From NCBI GenBank assembly GCA_010093995.1, contig ML992530.1, positions 1 to 64,000 on the forward strand: DNA of 64,000 nucleotides, given 5' to 3'. The DNA is from Elsinoe ampelina. Taxonomy: Eukaryota. This document shows positions 25,566-37,471 of this stretch, one piece after another. Made by a program: the position numbers and the translations under genes. The notes below the pieces were generated by a model, which searched no databases, was not told the DNA's origin, and saw only the letters and a program-made list of their open reading frames with translations. Positions within the stretch are counted from its first letter, which is position 1, and every line of letters starts with the position of its first letter.

Positions 25566-28295
25566 ATGGACTTCGCCAAATTGTCTGCGACAACACTCTT
25601 CGCCACTCAGTCATGGCAGGCCTGGTGCTTCCTGACTTCATCCCTGTTGATACTCATGCTGCTCGCATCCTGCTTACCGCACAGCCTTTGGACCATCGAG
25701 AAGCGATTGTACGATCTGAGGCTGCATTTGAAGATTCTATCCGCTGTCTTGGTAGCCCGCGCCAATCTTGGTCGGGACATTGCGGAAACAACTTGCCGCG
25801 AGGATGAGCAAGCCTATCTGCAAGTCATGGAGCTGGACATATGCCGCTTGACACTGGATCTGGACAATCTGATGCAGGGGCATCGGCTTCTTGGCCTGCT
25901 ATACAAGTGGCACTCTGCAGTCCTGGTGCAGCGTGAGCTTAAGGAATTCTATGACAAAATGCTTGATATTCCAATACAGAATTACCTTCAGAGTCTGGAA
26001 ACGCCTTCAGAGGCCATAGCCTCACTCCTCAAAGATGTTCTGTGGACGGTGTCGGGCTTGCAAGAACAATTGTACCATACAGGTGGTCTTGCCGAAGCTT
26101 CACAACGACCATTATCAATGCTCAATGGCCTGACTGGTTTGAACAACCCTGCTTCATATTCAGCATGCCTTATACCCGAGCCACACCAACCTGCGAGACC
26201 GAAAATCTGCGACGGCAAGCGTGAGGCTCGCGTGGGCACCCGCCAGGTCGGCGTACCTGCACAGCCCGGCTTTCGCCTGCACAAAGCCATCATCGCCAAC
26301 ACTTCTCTTGTCCTGAAAGCAGCCAAGCCTGACCACTTAGAACGGTGCGCCGATGCTGCTTTCCGTCGCCTCAAGCTCCTCAAGATATCAGCGAAGACTC
26401 CATCGACGTCAAGCAATGTCACGATGCGATCAACTCTCGTCACTACCACCCAGTATGTCTGCAGTCTGGAAACTCTTTTCTCGACAGTGGACGACCCAGC
26501 GACTATGACAGCCTTGCTCGAGCCGATAATCGCCTCCTTCCAAAATCTCGGCCGAATGTTGCAACCAAAAGAGATACTCCGACTATCTCCAGCCAATGTC
26601 GACATCATCCGCCATGCAGACTCGAATATACTCACTGCACGCTTGCCGTCCACCACCGCAGGTTGGGCCAGCAGGAAACGCCAACATCTCAGGCACTACT
26701 CGCTGAATCTAGCTCTCGACCGAGAACATCGAGCAAGGTGGCGAGTGGGAATGATCGTCTTGGAGGTCATCCTGTGCGCTTGCCGAGGCTTCGAAGCTCT
26801 CCAGACGGCACGAGAGCAATTCTCCTTTTCACGTCATGGCCAGCTTGGGCAGCTCACCGACGCCTTGAGACGTATGGATATCATTCATCACTATCTTCAT
26901 CATATTGGACGTCTTCCCGATGATGTAGGTCCAGCGCTTCTAAGATTTATGGGTACGGCCAGTGTTGGTCTGCAGATTGATGACATCCTGGGCGTTATTC
27001 GCAAGGTATGTTTTTGCTGCGAACAGTAAGATGACGTTGCTGACCGTTCCAGTCTCAAATGTGTGTCTACTTACGATACCAACGGACCTGGACTGTAACA
27101 CGCTCCAGCAATATCACAAGCTCATCGCCCGAAAAGGCTTTGTACTGGTTGCTCACAAGCATCGGGAGCCATGGGTGCATTCTCCTCCTCCAGCAATTGT
27201 GGCCCAAGGGACACGATTTATGGCGTGTCGATTGGATGGTAAGTCTATAATCAGGACGTGTTCGAAGCCTTCTAACAAGTTTCTCAGGCATCGCATCACA
27301 GCTATTCTACTAATATGGACGCGGCTTTGGCGGATAAGTTCTTCTCAAGATGCATCCTTCTCTCCGAAATTCTGCAACCTGGACATCAATTAAGCATCGC
27401 CATCAGGTCATCCAGAATGCTTCCAACAATCTCGGTTCTTACCAACGCAAGTACGACGAGCATACCATTGGAACCGATCGCTAGGGGGCCAGCGGCCAAC
27501 CCTCTCCGAGTCTCAACACATGGCAATTTGCACGGTGCAACGTCTGAGCACAACAACTCGGCGAGCAGAATTCCCACTGAAAACAACACTTACAGGCAAG
27601 GTCCTGGTCTCGAGACTGGTCCACTTCATCCGATCTCGACGAGGTCTAGGACTAGCCAACTGTATTGGTGCGTGCCCAAGGGCTGGGCGGTATCCAAACT
27701 ATCCTTCTACTCTGTCATACAACTTCGTGATCTTGACGATGCGGGCCTCCTTCGCCGCCTTCGCGAAGATTACAACAACATGAACGGATTCTTTGCACGA
27801 TGGCTGTCACGGAAAGACTGGAGCGGCGTTGAGTTCATCAGATTCAAAGTGATTGATCCGGACAGTCGACAAATATGTCGCGAAAAAGTTGCTCTCACTT
27901 GCGACGACTGCAAGCTCCCATGCCAAAATTACGAATACCTCGTGCAGGAGGATGACGATGGGAGAAGCTATTGCCAATGCGCTGCAGCAGAGATCTGGGC
28001 TGGTCTAAATGGAGAACTCAACCGAAGCGGTTGTGACTCGCTTCTTGATCTGTTACCGGGCCACCTTTCGACATCCGCACTTGTGGAAAACGGCAAAGCA
28101 TGGGGTCCGCACGCTGTGGAAGGAGTGAATACCCGATATTCTTGTGTCCGGCTTGCGGTCATGATCGCAATCGCCGTTGTAATAAGTTTGGGTTTCGCGC
28201 GTTATGGCCTCCAGCTAGTCATGGCCGTATTGGGTGTCCTCGCAGCTTTACTGGCTGCATCCTTTGCATGGTTTCAGCCCTCATCAACGAGATGA
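25566..28295 (+). CDS. Hypothetical protein, paralog 1 of tandem pair; exons 25566-27005, 27053-27238, 27288-28295
   Basis: Three ORFs join in frame via GTATGT..CAG and GTAAGT..CAG introns with CTGAC/CTAAC branch sites; TATA-like TTATATAT about 100 bp upstream; C-terminal domain LYWCVPKGW..LDDAGLLRRLREDY..VEFIRF..AWGPHAVEG plus 2 TM. Confidence 0.7.
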
Positions 28296-28712
28296 TCAAG
28301 GACAGGGGTCGTCGCTGGAAACTCAGAACATTGTCTCCGATGACGGAAGGCTTCGCAAGCCATGATGCTTGATCAAATCAATCTTACTGTTCTACGAGTC
28401 AATCATGCCTCATCACGCACGACCACAGTCTCGGTCTCGAGGGCCTCTACCATCAACAATACGACGCTTGGAGTAGTATTTGCCGCGGAAGGCTGTGAGT
28501 TTGGCACATGTCTCGCTCGGAATGGATCGCAAATCCAGCCATCCATTCGTGGGTCCGCCGACTACCACATCTGAAACCTATGGCTTCTCGTCGCTGCTCT
28601 ATGGCTTAATGACCCTTCCTCGCGTTTCCCTTGTTGCAGCAAAAGCCAACGCGCACGCGAACAGGCCAGAGATCTAAGCGACGCGAGACGAAGAGGAGGG
28701 GCACGATATACG

Positions 28713-28763
28713 AGGTGGAATGCAAGGCGGAATGCAAGGTGGAATGCAAGGTGGAACGCAAGG
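28713..28763. repeat. 12-bp minisatellite, (AGGYGGAAYGCA) x about 4.25
   Basis: aggtggaatgca aggcggaatgca aggtggaatgca aggtggaacgca agg read directly. Confidence 0.9.
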
Positions 28764-28956
28764 GTCAGGCCGTAGAAGGCAAGACATGGTGACGTGGTCG
28801 GATTGGCCACCAACGTATGATAGCACGGTATTTCGCGGGTTTCACTTCTCCGACTGAGTAATAAAGGAGCCCAACACGCCTAAGCGGCCTGACAAACATC
28901 ACACTTACCTTGAATCGATATTGTATCTCAGTCTAAGTCTCCTGGACCAACCAACG

Positions 28957-30838
28957 ATGGCTGCCGCGCCGACCCCAGCTGCTTCGCCCGCACAGCCTGC
29001 AAATCCCAACCTCAATCGACTCGTGCTGGTGCAAACCGGCGTGCAATTGAACAACTGGTTCGGGATCAGATCACACGATGACCGGCTAGCAACCCCCAAA
29101 GCCTCGGATCCTGTGCTTCGATTCGCCCGCATCCTCGCTAGGCAAGTCTTGCAGGCACTGGAATCCACCCCAAAGCGTATCATACTGAGCAGACTCTTGT
29201 GCCGAGACATTGAGCTATACACAGTCCTCGACACCAACGTCGTCGTACCAGTGTTTTGAGCATTACAATCACCGGTCACGACGCACATGGATTTGTTCGA
29301 ATGCGCTTTCCATAGAGATTCAGTACACAAAGACGCACCCGTGGAGGACTTGTTGCTGTGGACTTTCTGTATGCCTCTGCTAGAACTGGCAGTACACGCA
29401 GCTCGTGGATCGGATGGATGGTTGACGTTTATCTGCCTTTGGTTGAAGAATGAAGTACTTCTGGACAAGGCGCCGTATGATAAAGAGGCTACGGTCGAAC
29501 AAATCATGCGCGCAGTCGTTCACGTCATTGGAGAGGGTTCACAGAGAGACATGCTGGAATTGGTGCGGTCAGTGATGATGCTCCCGACACTTGAACTCGG
29601 ACTGCAACGCTATCTCGCAACATCGGTGTTTATTTCGCCCTCTTGTTTCATCGTTAATCGTTCTAACAGAACGACTAGGTACCAAACGACTTTTACTGGA
29701 ACGGAGCTCGAGTGTTGAGCTTTGAGACATGTTTTCAGCCAGCTCCATGGCTGGATGGATGGCAGCAGAGCTTCGAGAGTAACGTTGGTCGGGTTGAGTG
29801 GTGGCCCTGTAGAGAGCCTCGAAGGCCGAACACGGATTTTGTCATGCAATTGCAGTGGAGGGTGAGTATAACTTACAGATCATGCGAATCCGACCTTGCA
29901 GAGATGCTGATCTGTGTAGTTCGGAACCCAAGCCCTCTCCATCAATCTCCCTCATCCAGATGGTGTGGTGTATCGTCATCAATGCCAGCTTCTAGCTGAT
30001 GCTATCGAGGAAGCAGAGTTTCAGGACAATACTGATGGTATCTTCGCTACCTCGCATGGAAGCACACATGGGTACAGGATAGCATCATCCACACAAAGTG
30101 ATGTATCACCACGTCAGGGCCTCATACACTGGTGCGTTGCCAAAAGCTGGTCGCCGCCTATCTCCACCTCCAGGATTGACATCGCTACCGACGGTCTAGA
30201 TGACCGCGACCTCTTCCGGCAATTCACACGGACGTACAACGCCGTCAAAGGCCGTTTCCGATCTTTCTTTGCACTCTATGGCATCGTCGATATTGAATTT
30301 GTCCAAGTTAGTTTTTCCCCTTTGCTAGTTTTGTCCCGCAGCCTGTTGACATTCTCCTCAGTTCGTGTGCTCGAACAACAGAAACGGCGAAGTCTGTGCC
30401 GTCAGACGGAGTCTCCCTTGTCATTGCACAAACGCCTGCGGACACGAATACAAGTACACTAGGACTGTTCACGAGGAGATGCACCGCCTTATTGCAGCCA
30501 GAGAAATCATGCATGGCTTGCGTCACCCCAGAGGCGTACTCAAAGCCTGCAGGACGATGGCGCTTATCCCTCAGGATTTGGCGCAAAGCCCCCTTGAGCC
30601 TAGGATGACGGGCTGGGGAATATACGCCGTCGACGGGCTCATGGCACGCACATGTGTCTTGGTGCCCCTCATTTTGCAGATCACGGCCCTCGTTGTGGCA
30701 TTCGCAATGGCGCTCAACGAAGATACCGTTGTCATGACAATGTTCCCGGTTGGGCTGGTGCTCCTGTCGTCGGCGGTCATGACCTACCATATCAACCCGA
30801 TGTTAAGGTCAAGACGGCAGGCACTGGAGACGCTGTGA
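28957..30838 (+). pseudogene. Hypothetical protein, paralog 2 of tandem pair, with in-frame TGA at 29257-29259 (possible pseudogene, or shorter gene starting at ATG 29287); exons to 29625, 29679-29861, 29920-30306, 30362-30838
   Basis: ORF pieces join in frame through three GT-AG introns; VEWWPC..LQWR motif and LIHWCVAKSW..LDDRDLFRQFTRTY..IEFVQF..GWGIYAVDG plus 2 TM. Confidence 0.6.
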
Positions 30839-31393
30839 TCGAGCGGCTTTGGCAGCTTCTGTGCCGTGCAGCAGCGCAGGGACGACGATGGCGTGGCCCG
30901 TCTGTCCGGGATCTTAAGGATACTACAGCCACCTGCTCGGATCCGCTCATGCTCATGAATGAAGTCCGGGTTTGGCTTTCTGCTGAAATGCAAGCTTAGT
31001 GCCGAGCGTCAGTGCGGTGACCCCTACCAGCCCTCCTTGCCCGCTCGTGACTTGTCAGGAAAGTACAGCACAGGTCACGATCAAGATTGCATCTGAGCCA
31101 TCTGCAAGACGGAGACCCACCTACTCTATCAGCCAACGGGAGAGCAAGCCCCTTCCTTTCCTCCTCCTCTCCAGAGGCGATGGTGGAGGCTAAATAGCAC
31201 GACACTGTGGCCAAAACATGCCGGACGACGGTAAATCGACGCACATGCACTCATCACCTGGAACGACGATGACTGGCCGATCCAGCCACACTGCGCCGAG
31301 GAAGGGGAGCAGCGCGAGGAGTGGGCACCCGTCACAGGTGGTAGCAATCACTTTTGGCCGGGATGATATATTCAAGCCATGCATTGTCGGTGT

Positions 31394-32379
31394 TTACACA
31401 GGAGGTTTACCCTCGTTTCGCCATGACTGGTCGCCCTTTTCCCACGGGTGATGGAAACGGTTCTCCTCCATCCAAGCTTGGATTGCTTCCTTTTGAGATT
31501 GTCAGCATGGGGGGTTTTTTTTTCTCACGACAGTAGTGTCTCTACTCACCCAGCTCTTGCACTGATGCGAGATGCCCCATCCATCAACAGCGAATCTGCC
31601 TCCATCTGGTTCCTCCTTTGGCCACTCGACGGTGAGGTCGGCGTTGCACATCAGTCCTTGGCGGATGTAATCGAAGCAGTGGTGCACGTGCTCGTCCTGA
31701 TGGGCGAGGAACATGTCATGGGCCTCGGAGCTGTTGTATGTGGTCTGGGCGACTTCGAGGATCGTGTACAGGTACACGCGGATGTGGCGGAGACAGTGTA
31801 GCTGATGGAAGAGAGTGATATCGTAAAGCGGTCCTTCACTGGACGGCTTGCCAGGCTGTAGCTGGTACTGCTCGGGGTTGTTTACGACCACGAATCCATC
31901 GCCTTTCTGCGTGACGGTCAGCATGTCTTAGCAGGTAAGGGGATCTTGTTACATACGGGCATGAGCTCCGACCAGGCTTCGGCTGAGCCTGGGGCAGTGT
32001 TGTTTGCGTAAATCTCTTCCTTGCGGAACGTCACTGTGTTCATAGGCACTGAGTGATGTTAGACTCTGTGAGATTGGTCCGAGCCGGCATGCTTACTCTC
32101 TGGAACAGGCGTGGGCTTCCACTCGGCCTTGTGACCCACAGGCCTTGTACTGACGAGTACCAGACCGATAGTGGTGAGTGCGAGAAGTGTGCCGAGGCTG
32201 TATATCCATATTTTGAGATTCCGGAGTCGTTGTTCCATCTGTCGGTAGTCGCCATACAGCTCTGTAAACTCTCCGGACGATGCCTTCTCCTCGCCGGCGG
32301 CTTCGCTTTGTGCAACTTCGGAATACATGTTGGACCGTTCCTCGCGTGAGGCCAGTTCACGAAGTTTGGAAGTGAACAT
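31394..32379 (-). CDS. UstYa-family (DUF3328) oxidase; exons 32379-32097, 32048-31957, 31906-31550, 31489-31394
   Basis: N-terminal TM anchor, AWSELMP-KG, two HxxHC motifs (FHQLHCL and HVHHCFDYIRQGLMCNAD), DGWGISHQCKSW. Confidence 0.92.
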
Positions 32380-33296
32380 GATGCGGGGTCAGACTCATTG
32401 AGGTTCAAGTATGAAACGATGGGCGGACTGACTGGCAGCGACAAGACTCGACAAGAAAAATCAAGACTCGTGCAGGCTTGGGGCCAAGAATGGATTATAT
32501 AGTACAAGCCTGTCACAGATCGCAGGTGTAATCCTAGTAGGCAGGGCGGGCGCAAAAGGAAGTAAAAGGGTCGTGCTGGACGGCCAGAAGTGAATGAAAC
32601 GCGTTGAGTGTATCAGATATGCGACTTGAGGAGAGAGAAAGCCTCGGCCCCGACATGGTTGAACGCGGGGGGATTCATGGCTTGTTCCTGGACTTGCTGG
32701 TCGGTCGATCACGCTAGAGGACCAGATGTGCCAGGATGTGCCAGGGTGTGGTTCAACCCTGTCGGGATCGCGTCTCCGATTGGGTGGCAATGTCTGGCAT
32801 GACCATTGCCTCTGACGGCCCTTCACAAGCCCACGTGCACTTTTGAAAAAAAGCCCGACAAGAACATCATGGAGGAATCTATTGCCATTACTGAAGTATT
32901 TTCTCAACATTATTGGTGTCAACATGAAGAGCCGGACCAGCGCTGTCCGCCGAGAGACGAAATGAGACAAGTATGAGAGATTCATGGTAGGAAAAGTATC
33001 AAAACAACCTCGTCGTCGCCGAGGGTTTCGGCCGCGGGCAACAACGTCACTTGGCCCCAAGATTCTGCCTATGATGGTTTTTTTTTATCAACAATGCCTT
33101 GCTCGCAATCGTTTTTGAGATTCAAATGATGTAGGTATTCCTGACAGCACTTCCTGGGATCTGCTCGACTTCCAACATGCACTTTCTTCCAAACCACAGG
33201 CTTTGAAAAGTGGAGGTCTAGAGAAGCCGCGGCATCTTCTGCATCTTTAATCTCGGCGCCTGACCCTGTTGCGTCCTGTTCCGACTCGCCGCCAGC

Positions 33297-35267
33297 ATGG
33301 AAGCACGGTCACAATCAAACCACAAACCATCAAGCCGAGGGTGGAAGTCGACCATATCACACCATCTTGGAAAAGGCGGCAAACTACGTCCCTTCCGGCT
33401 ACTGCTTCAAGATGTCAAGAATCTACCAAGGCGCTATCCCAGTGACTGGACGACATTCAACCAATTGGTATTTGCCAGCGCTGTATACGTCTTCTTCACA
33501 AATTTGCTGCCGGGTATAACTTTTGCATCCGACTTGTATGTCAATACTGCACAAAACTGGGGGACTATCGAGATCGTCTTCAGCACAGGACTATGTGGAA
33601 CCATTTTCAGTCTGTTCGCTATTCAACCTCTCACCATTCTTGGTGTGACTGGTCCATTCGCAGTCCTGGCTGAGAACATCTACGAACTATGCACCAATAC
33701 TTTCAAGGTCCCTTTCCTGCCTTTCATGGCGTGGACTCTTATTCATGCTGGCTGGATGCATGCTCTGCTTGCCATCTTCAACGCCCATGACTGGACCATG
33801 TGCTACGTCACCACGTTCAGCACCGAGATCTTCTCTCTCCTGAACAGTATCATCTACTTTCACAAGGCAGTTCAGGAACTCGAGCGCGCACATGCCAACC
33901 TCGATCAAGCAGCGTTCCTCTACGCCATTATAGGTGCAGTCGGGACATTCCTCCTCGCACTTCTCCTCAGCACTGCAGAGTCATGGCGTCCTCTCTTCCA
34001 CCGCTACATCCGCCTCGGCCTCACAGAATACGCCGCAGCCATCTCCATCATCTTCTTCATCGGCATCCCATACGCCGGCGAGCTCGCCACTCTCGACAAA
34101 GGCACCCTCCCCGTCAGCAACACCTTCCGCCCCACTCTCCCCAGCCGTTCTCAATTCCTCGTCCCCTTCTGGGAACTCCCCGTCGAGTGGGTCTTTGCCG
34201 CCATCATCCCCGGCCTGATCATCACTATGCTCTTCTTCTTTGATCACGAAGTCTCCTCCATCATCTGCACCATCTCGCGCTACAACACCCGCAAACCCGG
34301 CGGCTTCAGTCTCGACATCCTCCTCCTCGGCCTCACCACCGCCCTATGCGGCATCCTCGGCATCCCCCCAGCCAACGGTCTCCTCCCACAAGCCCCCCTC
34401 CACTCCGAATCCCTCCTCCACGACTCCCTCGAACCCTGCACCGTCATCGCAGCAGACGGCACCGAGCACCCTTCCACCCACGAAATCCGCACGGTCCACG
34501 AACAACGCTGGTCCCACCTCCTCCACGCCGTCGCGATCCTCGCTTTCGTCTCGCCTCCCCTCCAACACGTCCTCGGCCTCACCCCGACCTCCGTCCTGGC
34601 CGGCCTCTTCCTCTTCATGGGCCAACAATCCCTAGCCGTAAACCCAATCCTCTACCGCTTCTTCTACCTCCTGACCCCGGTCTCGGACCTCCCCGACCTC
34701 CCCAAGCCGCTACAACCAAGAGACGACCTCCCCTTACCTTCCTCCTCCGGCTCCTCCCCCTCCACCCCTAACCGCCTCTCAACCCTCCTCACCCGCCTCT
34801 CCCACTCCACCCACCTCCTGTCGACAAGCTGGAAAGGCTACGCCCCCATCCACCTGTACACCCTCGTCCAGATCCTCCTCACGGTCGGCATCTTCATCAT
34901 GACCCTCACCGTCGCGGGGCCTGCTTTCCCCGTGGTGATCATAGCGTTGGTCCCGGTGCGGTTGACGTGGATGAGGCGTTTCTGGGACAGGGAGTTGTTG
35001 AGGTATGTGGATGGGTGGGCTTGTAGGGAGGGGACGCCAGAGGGGGATGAGGATCGGCGGAATGCTGGGGGTGTGGGGATGGGGGATGAGGAGGGGGGAG
35101 GGGGGACGGGGGTTGAGGGGGAAGAAGCGGATGGGAGGGGGGGAGATGGGAGGAGGGAGGAGGTTATGGATATGGGCAGAGGGGGAGGTGGTGAGAAGGA
35201 TCTGGGGCATGAGGAGCTGCGAGGAAGCGAGGGGGAAGGGAATAGTCAGAGGGAGAAGAAGGAGTGA
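33297..35267 (+). CDS. BOR1: HCO3-/borate transporter family (SLC4/Bor1-like)
   Basis: YVFFTNLLPGITF, QPLTILGVTGP, LFFFDHEVSS, GIPPANGLLPQAPLHSESL, VHEQRWS, VLAGLFLFMG motifs; intronless 656 aa. Confidence 0.9.
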   Translation: MEARSQSNHKPSSRGWKSTISHHLGKGGKLRPFRLLLQDVKNLPRRYPSDWTTFNQLVFASAVYVFFTNLLPGITFASDLYVNTAQNWGTIEIVFSTGLCGTIFSLFAIQPLTILGVTGPFAVLAENIYELCTNTFKVPFLPFMAWTLIHAGWMHALLAIFNAHDWTMCYVTTFSTEIFSLLNSIIYFHKAVQELERAHANLDQAAFLYAIIGAVGTFLLALLLSTAESWRPLFHRYIRLGLTEYAAAISIIFFIGIPYAGELATLDKGTLPVSNTFRPTLPSRSQFLVPFWELPVEWVFAAIIPGLIITMLFFFDHEVSSIICTISRYNTRKPGGFSLDILLLGLTTALCGILGIPPANGLLPQAPLHSESLLHDSLEPCTVIAADGTEHPSTHEIRTVHEQRWSHLLHAVAILAFVSPPLQHVLGLTPTSVLAGLFLFMGQQSLAVNPILYRFFYLLTPVSDLPDLPKPLQPRDDLPLPSSSGSSPSTPNRLSTLLTRLSHSTHLLSTSWKGYAPIHLYTLVQILLTVGIFIMTLTVAGPAFPVVIIALVPVRLTWMRRFWDRELLRYVDGWACREGTPEGDEDRRNAGGVGMGDEEGGGGTGVEGEEADGRGGDGRREEVMDMGRGGGGEKDLGHEELRGSEGEGNSQREKKE

Positions 35268-35443
35268 TCCGCCGCGAAATATGTCATGATTTTATGCCGG
35301 GACTGGGGACATAGATATAGACGGTAGATCCTGCGATGATTTTAGGGTATCTAATTCTCCAATCACCTTCGAAAGTATCTCCGACTACGTGATGCAGCTC
35401 GTCCACGCAATGCACTTCGTCCGCGCCGTGACTGATCCTCTTC

Positions 35444-37471
35444 CTACTTGGCAGTCCTGTAATTACCAGCACGCATCTGCTCCGCAAGACTATCCTGCTG
35501 ACTTGGAAGTGGACCTCTCCTTCTTACACTGCCGCTATCCTGACCTTGATTTTGCATTGGTAGAGGTGGCATACCCGGTGGCAATTGGAAGCCAGCCGGA
35601 GGAGGAGGGAAGCCAGCTGGGAATCCTCCTGGTGGTGGTGGAAATGGTGGAGCTCCAGCTTGACCTGGCAGGGGCATGGGGAAGCCATTGGGTGGTGGAG
35701 GAGGAAGCTGGCCGCCGAACATGGCTTTGAGCCTCTCCATATCCATGCCTGGTGGGAATGGTGGAGGCTGGCCGTTCGTTGGCGGAGGAATGGGTGGGAG
35801 GCCATGGAGACCAGGCATACCGGGCAGATTGGGAATGGGTGGTGGTAGACCATTGGAGCTCTTTCCAACAGTGGCGAGGTTTGCTAAAGTAGAAGGGTCA
35901 AAAGGCTGTGCCCCACCGGTGCTGGTCCCGTCTCCTGAGAATGGTAGAGGTAGAGCAGCGTTAATACCGGGAAGCCCAGGTAATCCTGGTGGACCATTTT
36001 TGCTCGGCATTGCCTGATCCACCAGGCCATCTTCATCCTCATCTTCTGCTTCTTCATTCTCCTTCTTTGCTGCAGCATCTGACTTCCATGTTCCTTGCGC
36101 CTCTGCCGCAGCCTGGCCGATGTGCCATCGATCGTTCACCCAGGAATTGTCTCCGGGCTTGGGTCGAGACCAGAACCTGGTCGCACGATCATTAGATCCG
36201 CTGACCAGCACGTGGCCAAGGGGATGCCAGTCCATACTCCAAATGTTATACTCGTGGGCAGCTGGTACCTTGTGTGCGGGGTATAGTGTTTGTGCAGGAG
36301 GATCGGAATCTTCTGGAGCGTCATAAGGTGACAGAGTAGGGTTCTGGCCAACCGGCAAATTCTGTTCGTCAAGTAAATAGTGATGCATTGCACCGTCGCC
36401 ACCACCCGTCGTAAGAAGGCTGGAGTAGAAGGGATGCCAAACAATGGTACTGATCTCCTTCTCATGTCCTCGCAGTAAGAATACATCTCGCATCATTCGA
36501 ATATCAAAGACTCTTGCTGTACTATCACGGGCACACGATGCAAGCAGGACTCCATGCGTGGGCTCGAACAATGTCTTGCTGACAGTGTTCTTGTGTCCAT
36601 GTAGAGTTGTTAAGCATCGTCCTTGTCGGGGATCCCAAAGTTTGATCTGATGGTCTTTCGAGCCAGAAACGATTAGTCCTTTCGTGGGATGCCAGTCAAC
36701 GCATTTTGCATCCCATTGATGGCCAGACAGAACCGATTCTTCCTCGCCAGCAGCGAAATCGAAGATTTTCAGACTTGCGTCGTCAGCTGCGGTGACGAAC
36801 TTTGCGTCTGTCGGCGCAAATGAGAGGTCTCTAACAGGCTCATCGTGTGCTTGTATCGATTTGACGTTGTTAAAGTTTGGTTGCCAGTATTTGACGATAC
36901 CAGCTTGGTCGGCTGAGATCAGCCACTCATCGCTATGTGACCAGGCGACCGCTCGAATAGCGCTGTCATGAGCCTGCATGATAGTCTCGAAGTTCCAGCT
37001 GATACCGTTCCAGAGGGTGAATTCGCCACTTGTGGAGCCTGTAAGTAATCTTCGACCATCTGGGGTCCACTTGACGACATTTACAGGATGTCTAATCTTG
37101 TTGAGAGATGAATGTAGGTGTTTGACAGGTATGGCATCGACTGCTCGACCCCGCTTCGCAGAAGGCGGAAGCATCTGTAGCAGTGTCAGATCTGTCAAGT
37201 GTATCCAAGTACATGATGCACGTACATCAGTGACATAGCTATGATTTGGTCTTTCGGCTTCAAAGCCCTTGTCGCCTTGGTAGAGCGGTCGCCGGTTCCG
37301 TACCCAATTCGATAACGACGCAGAATAGTCGATGGCAGGTCCTGGCGGCATGTAAGTACTGGACTCACCGACTCGAGTTTGACACTACTGACTCTTCATA
37401 TTCCGTATCCGCGGTCGACCTGACTGTCCGAAATCGCCGCCGCCGCCATGATCAAAGCCTCCGCCATCCAT
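35444..37471 (-). CDS. PFS2: Polyadenylation factor subunit 2 (Pfs2/WDR33), WD40 repeats with Pro-rich tail; 3 exons
   Basis: HSSLNKIRHPVNVVKWTPDGRRLLTGSTSGEFTLWNG, DWHPTKGLIVSGSKD, WHPLGHVLVSGSND; first exon MDGGGFDHGGGG... Confidence 0.95.

Noticed and set aside
28562..28813. Minus ORF with LAFH repeats (and ECKV, GMQG, NARW in other frames) as a possible RiPP precursor for the UstYa gene
   Set aside because: No signal peptide, no KR/RR-delimited cores, only four 4-aa units; explained by the 12-bp minisatellite
32461..33060. 199-aa minus ORF upstream of the UstYa gene
   Set aside because: Non-ATG start, no signal peptide, repeats or domain; probably promoter or intergenic sequence
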